This document shows positions 1 through 9,031 of a stretch of 50,119 nt of DNA, one piece after another. Under the pieces are notes generated by a model. That model ran no database searches. It had not been told where the DNA came from and saw nothing but the letters and a program-made list of their open reading frames with translations. Source of the stretch: a virus. Taxonomy: Duplodnaviria > Caudoviricetes. Each line of letters starts with the position of its first letter. Within the stretch, counting starts at the first letter, position 1. The translations under genes were made by a program, and so were the position numbers. The stretch spans positions 1 through 50,119 of IMG/VR virus record IMGVR_UViG_3300042542_000047; one strand, written 5' to 3'.

Positions 1-55
1 CCTCCCACGCTTACACTCTATTCCACTCCCCCAATTACTTCTCCCCCATCTCTGA

Positions 56-148
56 GAACGTTCGCATCCCAAACACCCCCCGTCAATGTCCAAAACGCAT
101 GACCCCGGGGGTACATATATTTTTTCACAAAGGACTTGCGAACGTTCG
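56..148. promoter_or_regulatory. Two GAACGTTC palindromes within an 11-bp inverted repeat (56-66 / 137-147); candidate operator
   Basis: GAACGTTCGCA at 56-66 is the reverse complement of TGCGAACGTTC at 137-147; lies upstream of a LexA-type HTH gene. Confidence 0.35.
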
Positions 149-191
149 TGTTTGCGTTTAAACTGTGTTTGTTTAAACATTTATCCGCAAA

Positions 192-422
192 ATGACGCCC
201 CGCAGACAGCTTGTCCTTGATTTCATAAAAGCATACATTCGTATTCATGGCATTGCGCCGTCGTATGAAGTGATTGCCAAGGGTCTGAAGATGAAGTCAA
301 AGGCCAATATTCACCGTATCGTCCACAGGTTGCAGGATGACGGCTACGTTTCCATAAAGCCCCACAAGTTCCATTCGATCAAATTGGTTGATCGCTCGGT
401 CAGAGAGATATCAGCCTTATGA
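192..422 (+). CDS. LexA N-terminal-type winged-HTH DNA-binding protein (no peptidase domain)
   Basis: MTPRRQLVLDFIKAYIRIHGIAPSYEVIAKGLKMKSKANIHRIVHRLQDDGYV matches the LexA DNA-binding domain pattern; ATGA overlap with terL. Confidence 0.8.
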   Translation: MTPRRQLVLDFIKAYIRIHGIAPSYEVIAKGLKMKSKANIHRIVHRLQDDGYVSIKPHKFHSIKLVDRSVREISAL

Positions 423-1930
423 GTCTTTTGACCCGTGAAGAGATCATTGGGTACTTGGGGGTGGCAAACAGTCTTCCTCCAGAGGATCGGGCAAAGGTTT
501 ACCAGCTACTGGAGATGGACAGGGTTGAGCGGTGTCAGGAGAACTTCCTGTATTTCGTCACGCAGATGTGGCCCGGGTTTATTTCTGGGAAGCACCACTC
601 AATCATGGCAAGTGCTTTTGAGAGAGTCGCCGCAGGCACGCTAAAGCGTCTGATCATCAATATGCCTCCACGGCACACCAAGTCCGAGTTTGCTTCTTAC
701 TTGTTGCCTTCTTGGTTTCTTGGTAAATATCCGCAGAAAAAGATCATTCAGACTGCGCACACCGCAGAATTGGCTGTGGGTTTTGGTCGAAAGGTTCGAA
801 ACCTTGTCCAGTCAGAAGGCTATGGCAAGGTGTTTGATACAAAACTTTCGTCAGATTCAAAGGCGGCGGGCCGCTGGAACACCGACAAAGGTGGAGATTA
901 CTTTGCTATTGGTGTTGGCGGTGCGGTAACTGGTAAGGGTGCGGATATCTTGATCATTGATGACCCGCATTCTGAACAGGAAGCCAGACAGAACAACCCT
1001 TCAGTGTTTGATGGGGTGTATGAGTGGTACACATCAGGCCCAAGGCAGCGTTTACAGCCCGGCGGGGCCATCATTATTGTGATGACAAGGTGGTCAAAGC
1101 GGGATTTGACAGGCCAGATCATCAAGAATTCAGAAAAAGGCGGCGTGGATGACTGGGAAGTCATCGAATTCCCCGCTATTTTGCCGTCCGGAACACCACT
1201 TTGGCCCGGATTCTGGTCAAAAATAGAACTGGAAGCCCTGAAAGCTGAATTACCCGCAGCAAAATGGGAAGCCCAGTACCAACAGAACCCCACAGGCAAC
1301 GAATCAGCCATCATCAAGCGGGATATGTGGCGCATATGGGATAGTGAAACACCCCCGTCCTGCGAATTCATTATCCAAAGCTGGGACACGGCGTTTGAAA
1401 AGAACAACCGGGCCGACTTCTCGGCTTGCACCACATGGGGTGTGTTCCAACACCCAGATGAGCAGGGAAATATGAAGTCCAACATCATCGTTTTGGACTC
1501 GTTTAAACAACGTATGGAGTTCCCAGAGCTAAAACAAAAAGCGATGGAGATGTGGAAAGAATGGAATCCAGACACCCTGATCATTGAAAAGAAGGCTGCT
1601 GGCGCACCCTTGATCTATGAACTGCGTGCGATGGGAATCCCGTTACAAGAGTACACACCAAGCAAAGGAAACGATAAGATAGCGCGTGTAAACGCAATAT
1701 CAGACCTGTTTGCATCTGGCGTGGTCTGGTGTCCAGAAACCCGCTGGGCTGATGAGTTGATGGAAGAGCTTGCAGCCTTCCCCAATGGCGACAACGATGA
1801 CCTTGTGGATTCGACCAGTCAAGCATTGATCAGATACCGGCAGGGCGGCTTTATTTCAATCGACTCAGATGAGCAAGAAGAGGTCAAGTACTTCAGAGGC
1901 CGCAAAACTGAGCGGTATTACACAGTCTAA
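419..1930 (+). CDS. terL: Terminase large subunit
   Basis: Walker A-like INMPPRHTKS, Walker B ILIIDDP, IIVMTRW coupling motif, RNase H nuclease SWDTA...DDLVDS. Confidence 0.95.
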   Translation: MSLLTREEIIGYLGVANSLPPEDRAKVYQLLEMDRVERCQENFLYFVTQMWPGFISGKHHSIMASAFERVAAGTLKRLIINMPPRHTKSEFASYLLPSWFLGKYPQKKIIQTAHTAELAVGFGRKVRNLVQSEGYGKVFDTKLSSDSKAAGRWNTDKGGDYFAIGVGGAVTGKGADILIIDDPHSEQEARQNNPSVFDGVYEWYTSGPRQRLQPGGAIIIVMTRWSKRDLTGQIIKNSEKGGVDDWEVIEFPAILPSGTPLWPGFWSKIELEALKAELPAAKWEAQYQQNPTGNESAIIKRDMWRIWDSETPPSCEFIIQSWDTAFEKNNRADFSACTTWGVFQHPDEQGNMKSNIIVLDSFKQRMEFPELKQKAMEMWKEWNPDTLIIEKKAAGAPLIYELRAMGIPLQEYTPSKGNDKIARVNAISDLFASGVVWCPETRWADELMEELAAFPNGDNDDLVDSTSQALIRYRQGGFISIDSDEQEEVKYFRGRKTERYYTV

Positions 1931-1939
1931 GGAATCAAA

Positions 1940-4423
1940 ATGGCAATCAGCAAAGGTTTGTACGCAGCGCCGCAGGGCTTGGAAGAGTTGGCGGCCCCGG
2001 ATATCGAAATTGAAATCGAAAACCCTGAGTCCGTTGACATCTACATGGATGGTATGGCTATCCATATGGAGCCGGACACCGACCCAGATTTCAACGAAAA
2101 CCTCGCAGAACTCATGGATGACACCGAACTGGAGTCCTTGGGTTCAGATTTGGTGGATGATTTCATGTCCGATCAGCGCGACCGCAAAGATTGGATACAA
2201 ACCTACGTCGAGGGCCTGAAGCTTTTAGGCTTGCGATACGAAGACCGCACAGAACCTTGGCAAGGAGCCTGTGGTGTATTCCACCCAATGCTGACAGAGT
2301 CAGTTGTAAGGTTCCAGTCAGAGGGTATCTCTGAGACCTTTCCTGCAATGGGGCCGGTCAAGACCAAAATCATCGGCAAAGAAACCCCAGAAACAGAAGA
2401 ATCCGCAGCCAGAGTTCAAGAAGACATGAACTACCAACTGACGGAAGTAATGACGGAATACCGCCCGGAGCATGAAAAGCTCCTGTGGTCGTTGCCTATT
2501 ACCGGCTCCGCCTTCAAGAAGGTCTATTACGACCCAAGCAAAGGCCGACAAGTCGCAGTATTTATCCCCGCAGAAGACTTGGTTGTTCCGTACGGAGCCT
2601 CCAATCTTGAGACCGCAGAGCGTGTTACACACATCATGCGCAAGACCAAGAACGATGTCCTGAAACTCCAAAAGAGCGGGTTTTACGTGGATGTTGATCT
2701 GGGCGACCCCGGCTATGAACTCGACGACGTAGAGAAGCAGAAGTCAGAAGAAGACGGCATGTCTGCTATCCAAGACAACCGCTTCCGTCTCTTGGAAATG
2801 CATGTTGAGCTTGACCTAAAAGGGTATGAACACAAAGACAAGGACGGCGAGCCAACCGGCATCGCCTTGCCTTATGTCGTGACCATTGAAAAACAAACCG
2901 GAAAAGTTTTAGCCATAAGGAGAAATTGGTATGAAGGAGACGAGCTACACATCAAGCGACAGCACTTTGTCCACTACCAATACATCCCCGGTTTTGGATT
3001 CTATGGCTATGGTCTTATCCACCTTATCGGAGGCTATGCAAAGTCCGCTACGATGCTCATCAGGCAGCTTGTGGATGCGGGAACATTATCGAATCTACCC
3101 GGGGGCCTCAAGTCTCGCGGTCTTCGCATCAAGGGTGATGACACGCCCATCCAGCCGGGAGAGTTCAGAGACGTAGATGTGCCGTCCGGCTCAATCCGCG
3201 ACAACATCCTGCCTCTGCCATACAAAGAACCAAGTCAGGTTCTGTTTGCCCTGTTCCAAAACATCGTAGAAGAAGGCCGCTCTTTTGCCAACGGCGGCGA
3301 CATGAACGTCTCCGACATGTCTGCACAAGCTCCGGTCGGCACAACCTTGGCTATTCTGGAAAGAACTCTGAAGGTCATGGGTGCGGTTCAGTCCCGTATG
3401 CATTTCTCCATGAAGCAGGAATTCAAGCTGCTCAAGGTAATCATTGCCGACTACGCACCGGAAGACTATGACTACGAGCCAGAAGAAGGCAGCCGCGCCG
3501 CCCGTAAATCTGACTACGACTCAACGGACGTAATCCCTGTCAGCGACCCCAACGCAGCCACAATGGCGCAGAAGATCGTCCAGTATCAGGCGGTTCTCCA
3601 GTTGGCCCAGCAAGCCCCGCAGTTGTATGACATGCCGGTATTGCACCGTCAGATGATTGAGGTTCTGGGCATCAAGAACGCAGCAAAACTAGTCAAAACC
3701 GAGGACGATCAAATCCCAACCGATCCGGTTCAGGAAAACCAAGATGTCCTGACAGGTAGACCGGTCAAGGCTTTTGTGCAACAGAACCATGAGGCGCACA
3801 TCAAAGTCCACATGATGGCTATGCAAGACCCCAAGATAGCCCAGATTGTTGCGCAGAACCCACAAGCTCAAATGATTCAAGCTGCCATGCTGGCGCACAT
3901 CAACGAACACGTTGGCTTCCAGTATCGCTTGGAAATTGAAAAGCGCATGGGCATCTCTATCCCTGTGGATGACCAGAACAAAAAAGTACCGCCGGAAATG
4001 GCAGATCAAATCGCCATCATGGCAGCAGAAGCTGCTCAACAACTGTTTACACAGAACAGCCAAGAGGCCAAACAGCAACAAGCTCAACAGCAAATGCAAG
4101 ACCCAATCGTGCAAATGCAGATGCAAGAGCTTCAATTGAAGATGGAAGACCTGAAGCTCAAGCAGCAAAAACAGGCAATGGATGCGGCTGCAAAAGCAGA
4201 CCAAATTCGGGTCGAAGAGTCCCGTATCGCCGCGCAGAAAGAAATCGCAGCCATGCAAGTCGGTGCAACGGCTGCTGCAAACAGAGATCGCTTAAGTAAG
4301 CAAATGGAGTTGGATGGCGCTCGACTGGGTGTTGATGTCGCCAAACACAAAGCACAGATGGCTGTGCAACAAGCGCAACGGGCAGCGCAGAAACCGCCTA
4401 GCAATCAGAAAAAAGGAACGTAA
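1940..4423 (+). CDS. Portal protein (P22-like, long Gln-rich C-terminal barrel)
   Basis: 827 aa directly after terL; GSAFKKVYYD, FYGYGLIHLIGG, APVGTTLA motifs; coiled-coil Q-rich tail. Confidence 0.88.
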   Translation: MAISKGLYAAPQGLEELAAPDIEIEIENPESVDIYMDGMAIHMEPDTDPDFNENLAELMDDTELESLGSDLVDDFMSDQRDRKDWIQTYVEGLKLLGLRYEDRTEPWQGACGVFHPMLTESVVRFQSEGISETFPAMGPVKTKIIGKETPETEESAARVQEDMNYQLTEVMTEYRPEHEKLLWSLPITGSAFKKVYYDPSKGRQVAVFIPAEDLVVPYGASNLETAERVTHIMRKTKNDVLKLQKSGFYVDVDLGDPGYELDDVEKQKSEEDGMSAIQDNRFRLLEMHVELDLKGYEHKDKDGEPTGIALPYVVTIEKQTGKVLAIRRNWYEGDELHIKRQHFVHYQYIPGFGFYGYGLIHLIGGYAKSATMLIRQLVDAGTLSNLPGGLKSRGLRIKGDDTPIQPGEFRDVDVPSGSIRDNILPLPYKEPSQVLFALFQNIVEEGRSFANGGDMNVSDMSAQAPVGTTLAILERTLKVMGAVQSRMHFSMKQEFKLLKVIIADYAPEDYDYEPEEGSRAARKSDYDSTDVIPVSDPNAATMAQKIVQYQAVLQLAQQAPQLYDMPVLHRQMIEVLGIKNAAKLVKTEDDQIPTDPVQENQDVLTGRPVKAFVQQNHEAHIKVHMMAMQDPKIAQIVAQNPQAQMIQAAMLAHINEHVGFQYRLEIEKRMGISIPVDDQNKKVPPEMADQIAIMAAEAAQQLFTQNSQEAKQQQAQQQMQDPIVQMQMQELQLKMEDLKLKQQKQAMDAAAKADQIRVEESRIAAQKEIAAMQVGATAAANRDRLSKQMELDGARLGVDVAKHKAQMAVQQAQRAAQKPPSNQKKGT

Positions 4424-4621
4424 TTGAGTGATTACACAGTAATTTCAATGACTGTCAAAGAAATTCAAAAACTCAAGCAAGAGCGTGAAGCGTATACGGC
4501 AGCGGGCCGGTGCGACACGCTCGAAGAGTACCGAAGAATCTGCGGAGTGATCCAAGGTTTGAACTACGCAGAAAACATTATTCAAGACCTTGTGCAAAAA
4601 ATGGAGAAATCTGATGACTGA
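4424..4621 (+). CDS. Small hypothetical protein between portal and GroES
   Basis: TTG start with AGGA upstream; EEYRRICGVIQGL; tight gene packing. Confidence 0.7.
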   Translation: MSDYTVISMTVKEIQKLKQEREAYTAAGRCDTLEEYRRICGVIQGLNYAENIIQDLVQKMEKSDD

Positions 4622-5024
4622 ATTTGATATCGCTGCTGTGGATTTGACTGGCATTTTGAACAAAAGTGCCGAAGAAAAAGCCAAGCAGTTGCCTGACCCA
4701 AAAACATTTCGTCTTCTGTGCGTTGTTCCAGAAGCAATGGAAGAGTATTCGGACAGTGAGATTGGGATTGTGAAATCCAGCCAGTCCATGCATTACGAAG
4801 AGGTGCTGACCCCAGTGCTATTTGTCGTGAAGCTTGGCCCCGATGCCTACAAAGACGCTACTCGCTTTCCAAACGGGCCGTCTTGCGAGGAAGGTGACTT
4901 CGTCATCGTCCGACCCAATTCAGGTACTCGCCTGAAGATTCATGGTCGTGAATTCAGAATCATCAACGATGACTCTGTTGAAGCGGTTGTGGAAGACCCG
5001 CGCGGCATCACCCGCGCTGCATAA
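4614..5024 (+). CDS. groES: GroES/Cpn10-like co-chaperonin
   Basis: VVKLGPDAY...CEEGDFV...GTRLKIHGREFRIINDDSVEAVV; ATG 4614 preceded by GGAG. Confidence 0.85.
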   Translation: MTEFDIAAVDLTGILNKSAEEKAKQLPDPKTFRLLCVVPEAMEEYSDSEIGIVKSSQSMHYEEVLTPVLFVVKLGPDAYKDATRFPNGPSCEEGDFVIVRPNSGTRLKIHGREFRIINDDSVEAVVEDPRGITRAA

Positions 5025-5033
5025 GGAGAAGAC

Positions 5034-6011
5034 ATGGCAACAGAACGAATCGAAGAAGAATACAAGTTCCCCCACGAAAAAGACGAAGTGGGGACTGACA
5101 ACAATTTTGAGGTTGAAGTCGAAGACGACACGCCTGAGCAAGATCGCGGTAGAAGGCCCATGAAGGACAAGGTGGAAGACCCGTCCGACGAAGAGCTTTC
5201 AAACTATGACGAAAAAGTTCAGGCTCGGATCAAGAAGTTTTCCAAGGGCTACCACGACGAACGCCGGGCCAAAGAAACGGCACTGCGTGAACGTGAAGCG
5301 GCGGAAACCTTTGCCAAACAGGTCTACGAGGAAAACCAGCGTTTAAAAGGCCAACTCAAGACCGGCAGCGAAGTTTTCATTGAGCAGAACAAGTCAACTG
5401 CGCAAATGGAACTGGAAGCAGCCAAGAAGAAATACAAGGATTCATACGAGTCTGGCGACTCTGAGGGTGTGGCTGAAGCCCAGATGCAAATCACCAAGGC
5501 CACCCTGAGAATCGACCGCGCAGAACAAATGCGCCCAATCGAAGAGCCAGACACACCACCACCCCAAACGCAGAATAAACCAAACCTGACTCCAAGAACC
5601 CAAAGATGGGTTGAGGAGAATTCTGATTGGTTTGGTGCAGACCAAGAGATGACAATGGCTGCAATGGGGCTTGACAAAAAGTTGAAAACCCAATATGGTG
5701 ACGACTATGCGGGTACTGAAGAGTATTTCCGAACCATCGATAAGACGATGCGCAAACGTTTTCCTGAGCATTTTGTAGATGTTCAGAGCCATGAGGAAGA
5801 TGACTCCTCCTACCAAAGTCAAAACCCGGACGAGGACGATAGACCGGCCCGCCGTGCAACAAAAATTGCTTCTCCTGTGGCTCCTGCTACACGAAGCACA
5901 CCACCCAACCGCATTCGACTGAAGGCATCTGAAGCCGCGATAGCTCGCAGGCTTGGGGTTCCCATTGAAGAATATGCGAAACAGGTTGCCAACTTACAAA
6001 GGAATTCTTAA
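5034..6011 (+). CDS. Putative capsid scaffolding protein
   Basis: Acidic N-terminus, coiled coil, C-terminal IARRLGVPIEEYAK; located before capsid genes; AGGAG SD. Confidence 0.7.
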   Translation: MATERIEEEYKFPHEKDEVGTDNNFEVEVEDDTPEQDRGRRPMKDKVEDPSDEELSNYDEKVQARIKKFSKGYHDERRAKETALREREAAETFAKQVYEENQRLKGQLKTGSEVFIEQNKSTAQMELEAAKKKYKDSYESGDSEGVAEAQMQITKATLRIDRAEQMRPIEEPDTPPPQTQNKPNLTPRTQRWVEENSDWFGADQEMTMAAMGLDKKLKTQYGDDYAGTEEYFRTIDKTMRKRFPEHFVDVQSHEEDDSSYQSQNPDEDDRPARRATKIASPVAPATRSTPPNRIRLKASEAAIARRLGVPIEEYAKQVANLQRNS

Positions 6012-6013
6012 TC

Positions 6014-6478
6014 ATGGATGAAGTTAAACAAAACCGCGAACCCCGTGAACTCAAAACCCGGGCCACAACGTACAGACCAACTTCATGGATGGCTCCAGAA
6101 GCTCTTCCAATGCCAGATGATCGCCCCGGCTGGAAACACCGGTACGTTCGATTAAGTACGCTCGGGACGGCAGATCCCAGCAATATTTCTTCTAAGTTAC
6201 GCGAAGGATACGAACCCTGCAAAGCAGAGGAATATCCCGAGTTAATGATGCACGCTGCCATTGAAGGCCGCTTTAAAGGCGGTATTGAAATAGGCGGTCT
6301 GTTGCTCTGTCGCATCCCATCTGAATTCATGGAACAACGTGCCAAGCACTTTGAAGACAAGAACAAGATGCAAATGGATTCGGTGGACAACAATTTCCTT
6401 CGTGATCGGGACGCGAGATCGAATATGGCGTTATTCGCTGATAAGAAATCTCAAGTCACTTTCGGTTCTGGTTCTTGA
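6014..6478 (+). CDS. Conserved head-module hypothetical protein
   Basis: 154-aa ORF (PDDRPGWKHRYVR, LREGYEP, IGGLLLCRIP) between scaffold and capsid genes. Confidence 0.75.
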   Translation: MDEVKQNREPRELKTRATTYRPTSWMAPEALPMPDDRPGWKHRYVRLSTLGTADPSNISSKLREGYEPCKAEEYPELMMHAAIEGRFKGGIEIGGLLLCRIPSEFMEQRAKHFEDKNKMQMDSVDNNFLRDRDARSNMALFADKKSQVTFGSGS

Positions 6479-6496
6479 TTTTTAGGAGTCCTTAAA

Positions 6497-7153
6497 ATGG
6501 CTTTTCCAACGGTAGACAAGCCCTATGGCTTAAAACCGATCAATCTGTACGGTGGTACACCTTTCGCAGGTGCAACTCGCCAGTACCGTATTGCTTCGGC
6601 ATACAACACCTCCATTTTTAATGGTGATGTTGTCGAGATGATTGACAATGGCACGATTATCAAATCCGCCATTACAACCGCTCGTGCAACTGTAACAACC
6701 TCGCAAGTTATTGGCATTTTCATGGGCTGTTCTTACGTTAACGCGCAAGGTCAGGTCATTTTTGCCCAATACTTCCCTGCAAACACCGCAGCCCCAACAG
6801 GTACATACATTACCGCTTACGTGGTTAATGATCCAAATACCTTGTTCAAAGCTGTGATTGCTGCTGGTGCGACACCTGATGGCGCGGCTTCTGGCCTGTT
6901 GCCTTCTTCTACTACGGAATATACCGTTATTGGTACTAACGTAGCTTTGGTTCAGAACTCTGGTTTGACAGCCACCGGCAACAGCCGCGTAGCCGTTGCA
7001 TCATCTGCAACCACAGGAACACTGCCCTTGAACGTCGTTGACGTTGTGCCTGAGACATCTTATGTCAATGGTTCTGGCAATGTGGTGTTCCCAGAACTCA
7101 TCGTTCGTTGGAACTTTGAGATCCATACAACAACCATCGCCTCTGGCGTTTAA
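6497..7153 (+). CDS. Putative capsid decoration/cement protein
   Basis: PYGLKP...IFNGDVV...IGIFMGC...VVNDP beta-rich protein immediately before the MCP; AGGAG SD. Confidence 0.65.
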   Translation: MAFPTVDKPYGLKPINLYGGTPFAGATRQYRIASAYNTSIFNGDVVEMIDNGTIIKSAITTARATVTTSQVIGIFMGCSYVNAQGQVIFAQYFPANTAAPTGTYITAYVVNDPNTLFKAVIAAGATPDGAASGLLPSSTTEYTVIGTNVALVQNSGLTATGNSRVAVASSATTGTLPLNVVDVVPETSYVNGSGNVVFPELIVRWNFEIHTTTIASGV

Positions 7154-7168
7154 ACAGGAGCTTAAATC

Positions 7169-8080
7169 ATGGCTATTTCACGCGCACAGCTACTGAAAGA
7201 GTTGCTCCCCGGATTGAACGCTTTGTTCGGCATGGAGTATTCACGTTACGGTGAAGAACACAAAGAGATCTATGAATCTGAGACCTCTGAGCGTTCATTC
7301 GAAGAAGAAACCAAACTGTCCGGCTTCTCTGCCGCACCTGTCAAGAACGAAGGCTCTGCCATCGCTTACGACAATGCGCAAGAAGCATGGTCAACCCGCT
7401 ATACGCACGAAACCATCGCCTTGGGTTTCTCAATCACTGAAGAAGCGATTGAAGATAACTTGTACGACAGCTTGTCGTCTCGTTACACCAAGTCATTGGC
7501 TCGCGCTATGGCTTACACCAAACAGGTCAAGGCTGCTGCCGTCCTGAACAATGGCTTTAGCTCCAGCTACCCCGGTGGCGACGGCGTGTCTTTGTTCAAC
7601 GCCAGCCATCCGTTGATCTCTGGCGGTGTCAACAGCAACACTCCTTCTACCCAAAGCGATTTGAACGAGACTTCCTTGGAAGCCGCCGTTATCCAGATCG
7701 CAGCTTGGACTGATGAGCGTGGTTTGCTGATTGCAGCCAAGCCTGTCAAGCTGATTGTTCCTCCAAACTTGATGTTCACTGCTAAACGCTTGTTGGACAC
7801 TGAGTTGCGAGTTTCAACCGCAGACAACGACATCAACGCATTGAAGCAAATGGGTGCAATCCCCGGCGGCTACACTGTCAATCACTATTTGACAGACACC
7901 AATGCTTGGTTCTTGACTACAGACGTGCCAAATGGTTTGAAGCACTTTGTTCGTTCACCGCTGGTCAACAGCATGGACGGCGACTTCGACACCGGCAACG
8001 TCCGTTACAAGGCCCGTGAGCGTTACAGCTTCGGCTGGTCTGACCCATTGGGTATGTTTGGTTCTTCAGGCACTGCCTGA
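7169..8080 (+). CDS. Major capsid protein (HK97 fold, Mu gpT-like)
   Basis: MAISRAQLLKELLPGLNALFG...ITEEAIEDNLY...DFDTGNVRYKARERYSFGWSD; strong SD; terminator follows. Confidence 0.9.
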   Translation: MAISRAQLLKELLPGLNALFGMEYSRYGEEHKEIYESETSERSFEEETKLSGFSAAPVKNEGSAIAYDNAQEAWSTRYTHETIALGFSITEEAIEDNLYDSLSSRYTKSLARAMAYTKQVKAAAVLNNGFSSSYPGGDGVSLFNASHPLISGGVNSNTPSTQSDLNETSLEAAVIQIAAWTDERGLLIAAKPVKLIVPPNLMFTAKRLLDTELRVSTADNDINALKQMGAIPGGYTVNHYLTDTNAWFLTTDVPNGLKHFVRSPLVNSMDGDFDTGNVRYKARERYSFGWSDPLGMFGSSGTA

Positions 8081-8107
8081 TAACTGGGTATTCTCAGTAG
8101 TTCACGG

Positions 8108-8132
8108 AAAGGGAGCTTCGGCTCCCTTTTTT
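8108..8132 (+). terminator. Rho-independent terminator after the major capsid gene
   Basis: AAAGGGAGC-TTCG-GCTCCCTTT stem with cUUCGg loop followed by a T run. Confidence 0.9.
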
Positions 8133-8144
8133 GTGTTTAAACTC

Positions 8145-8173
8145 TTGTTGACTGCGTTTAAATGGTGTATATT
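8145..8173 (+). promoter_or_regulatory. Possible sigma70-type promoter
   Basis: TTGTTG (8145-8150), 17 nt, TATATT (8168-8173) just after the terminator; weak -35. Confidence 0.35.
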
Positions 8174-8182
8174 GCAACCATT

Positions 8183-8255
8183 CCGGGCTTTCCGGTGTAT
8201 CTGACAGTCCCGGCTGACGACATGCAGACAGATACGCCTAACTTGCATGTAAGGA
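8183..8255 (+). ncRNA. Putative structured leader RNA (double pseudoknot)
   Basis: CCGGG 8183-87/CCCGG 8209-13; GGTGTATCTG 8194-8203/CAGATACGCC 8229-38; ACATGCA 8220-26/TGCATGT 8244-50; helices interleave; SD AAGGA 8251-55. Confidence 0.6.
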
Positions 8256-8261
8256 CACATC

Positions 8262-8861
8262 ATGGCAAATACCACGTTCTCCGGCCCAGTCATATCACAA
8301 AATGGCTTCATTACCGGAACAGCTTCTTCTCCCATTGTTGAAACTACCGCTGGCAATATATCTGAAGCGTACGCAACAACTTCAGCTACCACTGGTGATA
8401 CACGCCTGTCGTACAACCGATTGACCTTTACCTCTACGGGTTCAGGCGAAACGTTCCGCGCTTTAACCCGAGTGACAGGCACTGGCGGCGCTACAGGCGG
8501 CACAATCAACGGCGCACACATCTCTACTTCAATCAACACAGGCGGCACAATCTCTGGCGCGGCTAACGCTATTCGTGCAACCTTGGGAGGCTCCGTAGCT
8601 TCTCCCGGCGGTACTTTGGCGGTTTTGCAGTTGGACACAGATTATTCTGTTAACGCTACTTTGCCCGGCACAGCTTCGTTTATTCGCGTAACTGACAGCG
8701 GCGCAAACACAGGGGAAGTTCCTTTGTTGATGAACATTGAAACAGCCCCCGCCGCTACGATTGCTCCTACAGCAAGCAGCGTTACTACTGTAGCCAAAGC
8801 AATCAAAGTGATGATTGGCGGCACTGTGTACTATGTTCCTGCGTACTCGACCTTTGCATAA
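8262..8861 (+). CDS. Putative virion structural/decoration protein
   Basis: MANTTFSGPV N-terminus; Thr/Gly/Ala-rich beta protein; SD AAGGA. Confidence 0.7.
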   Translation: MANTTFSGPVISQNGFITGTASSPIVETTAGNISEAYATTSATTGDTRLSYNRLTFTSTGSGETFRALTRVTGTGGATGGTINGAHISTSINTGGTISGAANAIRATLGGSVASPGGTLAVLQLDTDYSVNATLPGTASFIRVTDSGANTGEVPLLMNIETAPAATIAPTASSVTTVAKAIKVMIGGTVYYVPAYSTFA

Positions 8862-9031
8862 TGCAGATCACCAAGGAATTCTTGGAGATTGAGATTCGTG
8901 ACCTAGAGACTGAAGCACAGAAAGCTCAAACTTTTTTGATTCAATCTCAGGCCACGATCCAAGCGTACAAGATGCTCATAAACAGGATAGAAGCACCAGA
9001 ACTGGAGCAGCAAAATGACGATGCAATATGA
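8861..9031 (+). CDS. Small coiled-coil hypothetical protein (56 aa, below ORF-track cutoff)
   Basis: TAATG overlap with upstream stop; MQITKEFLEIEIRDLETEAQKAQTFLIQSQATIQAYKMLINRIEAPELEQQNDDAI fills the gap. Confidence 0.65.
   Translation: MQITKEFLEIEIRDLETEAQKAQTFLIQSQATIQAYKMLINRIEAPELEQQNDDAI

Noticed and set aside
898-1584. Long minus-strand ORFs opposite terL, portal (3689-4258) and the giant gene (37800-38696)
   Set aside because: Antisense shadows of well-supported genes with no recognisable motifs or SD
8060-8105. Frameshift or readthrough extension of the major capsid protein
   Set aside because: Tandem TGA TAA stops, no slippery site seen, and a terminator follows immediately
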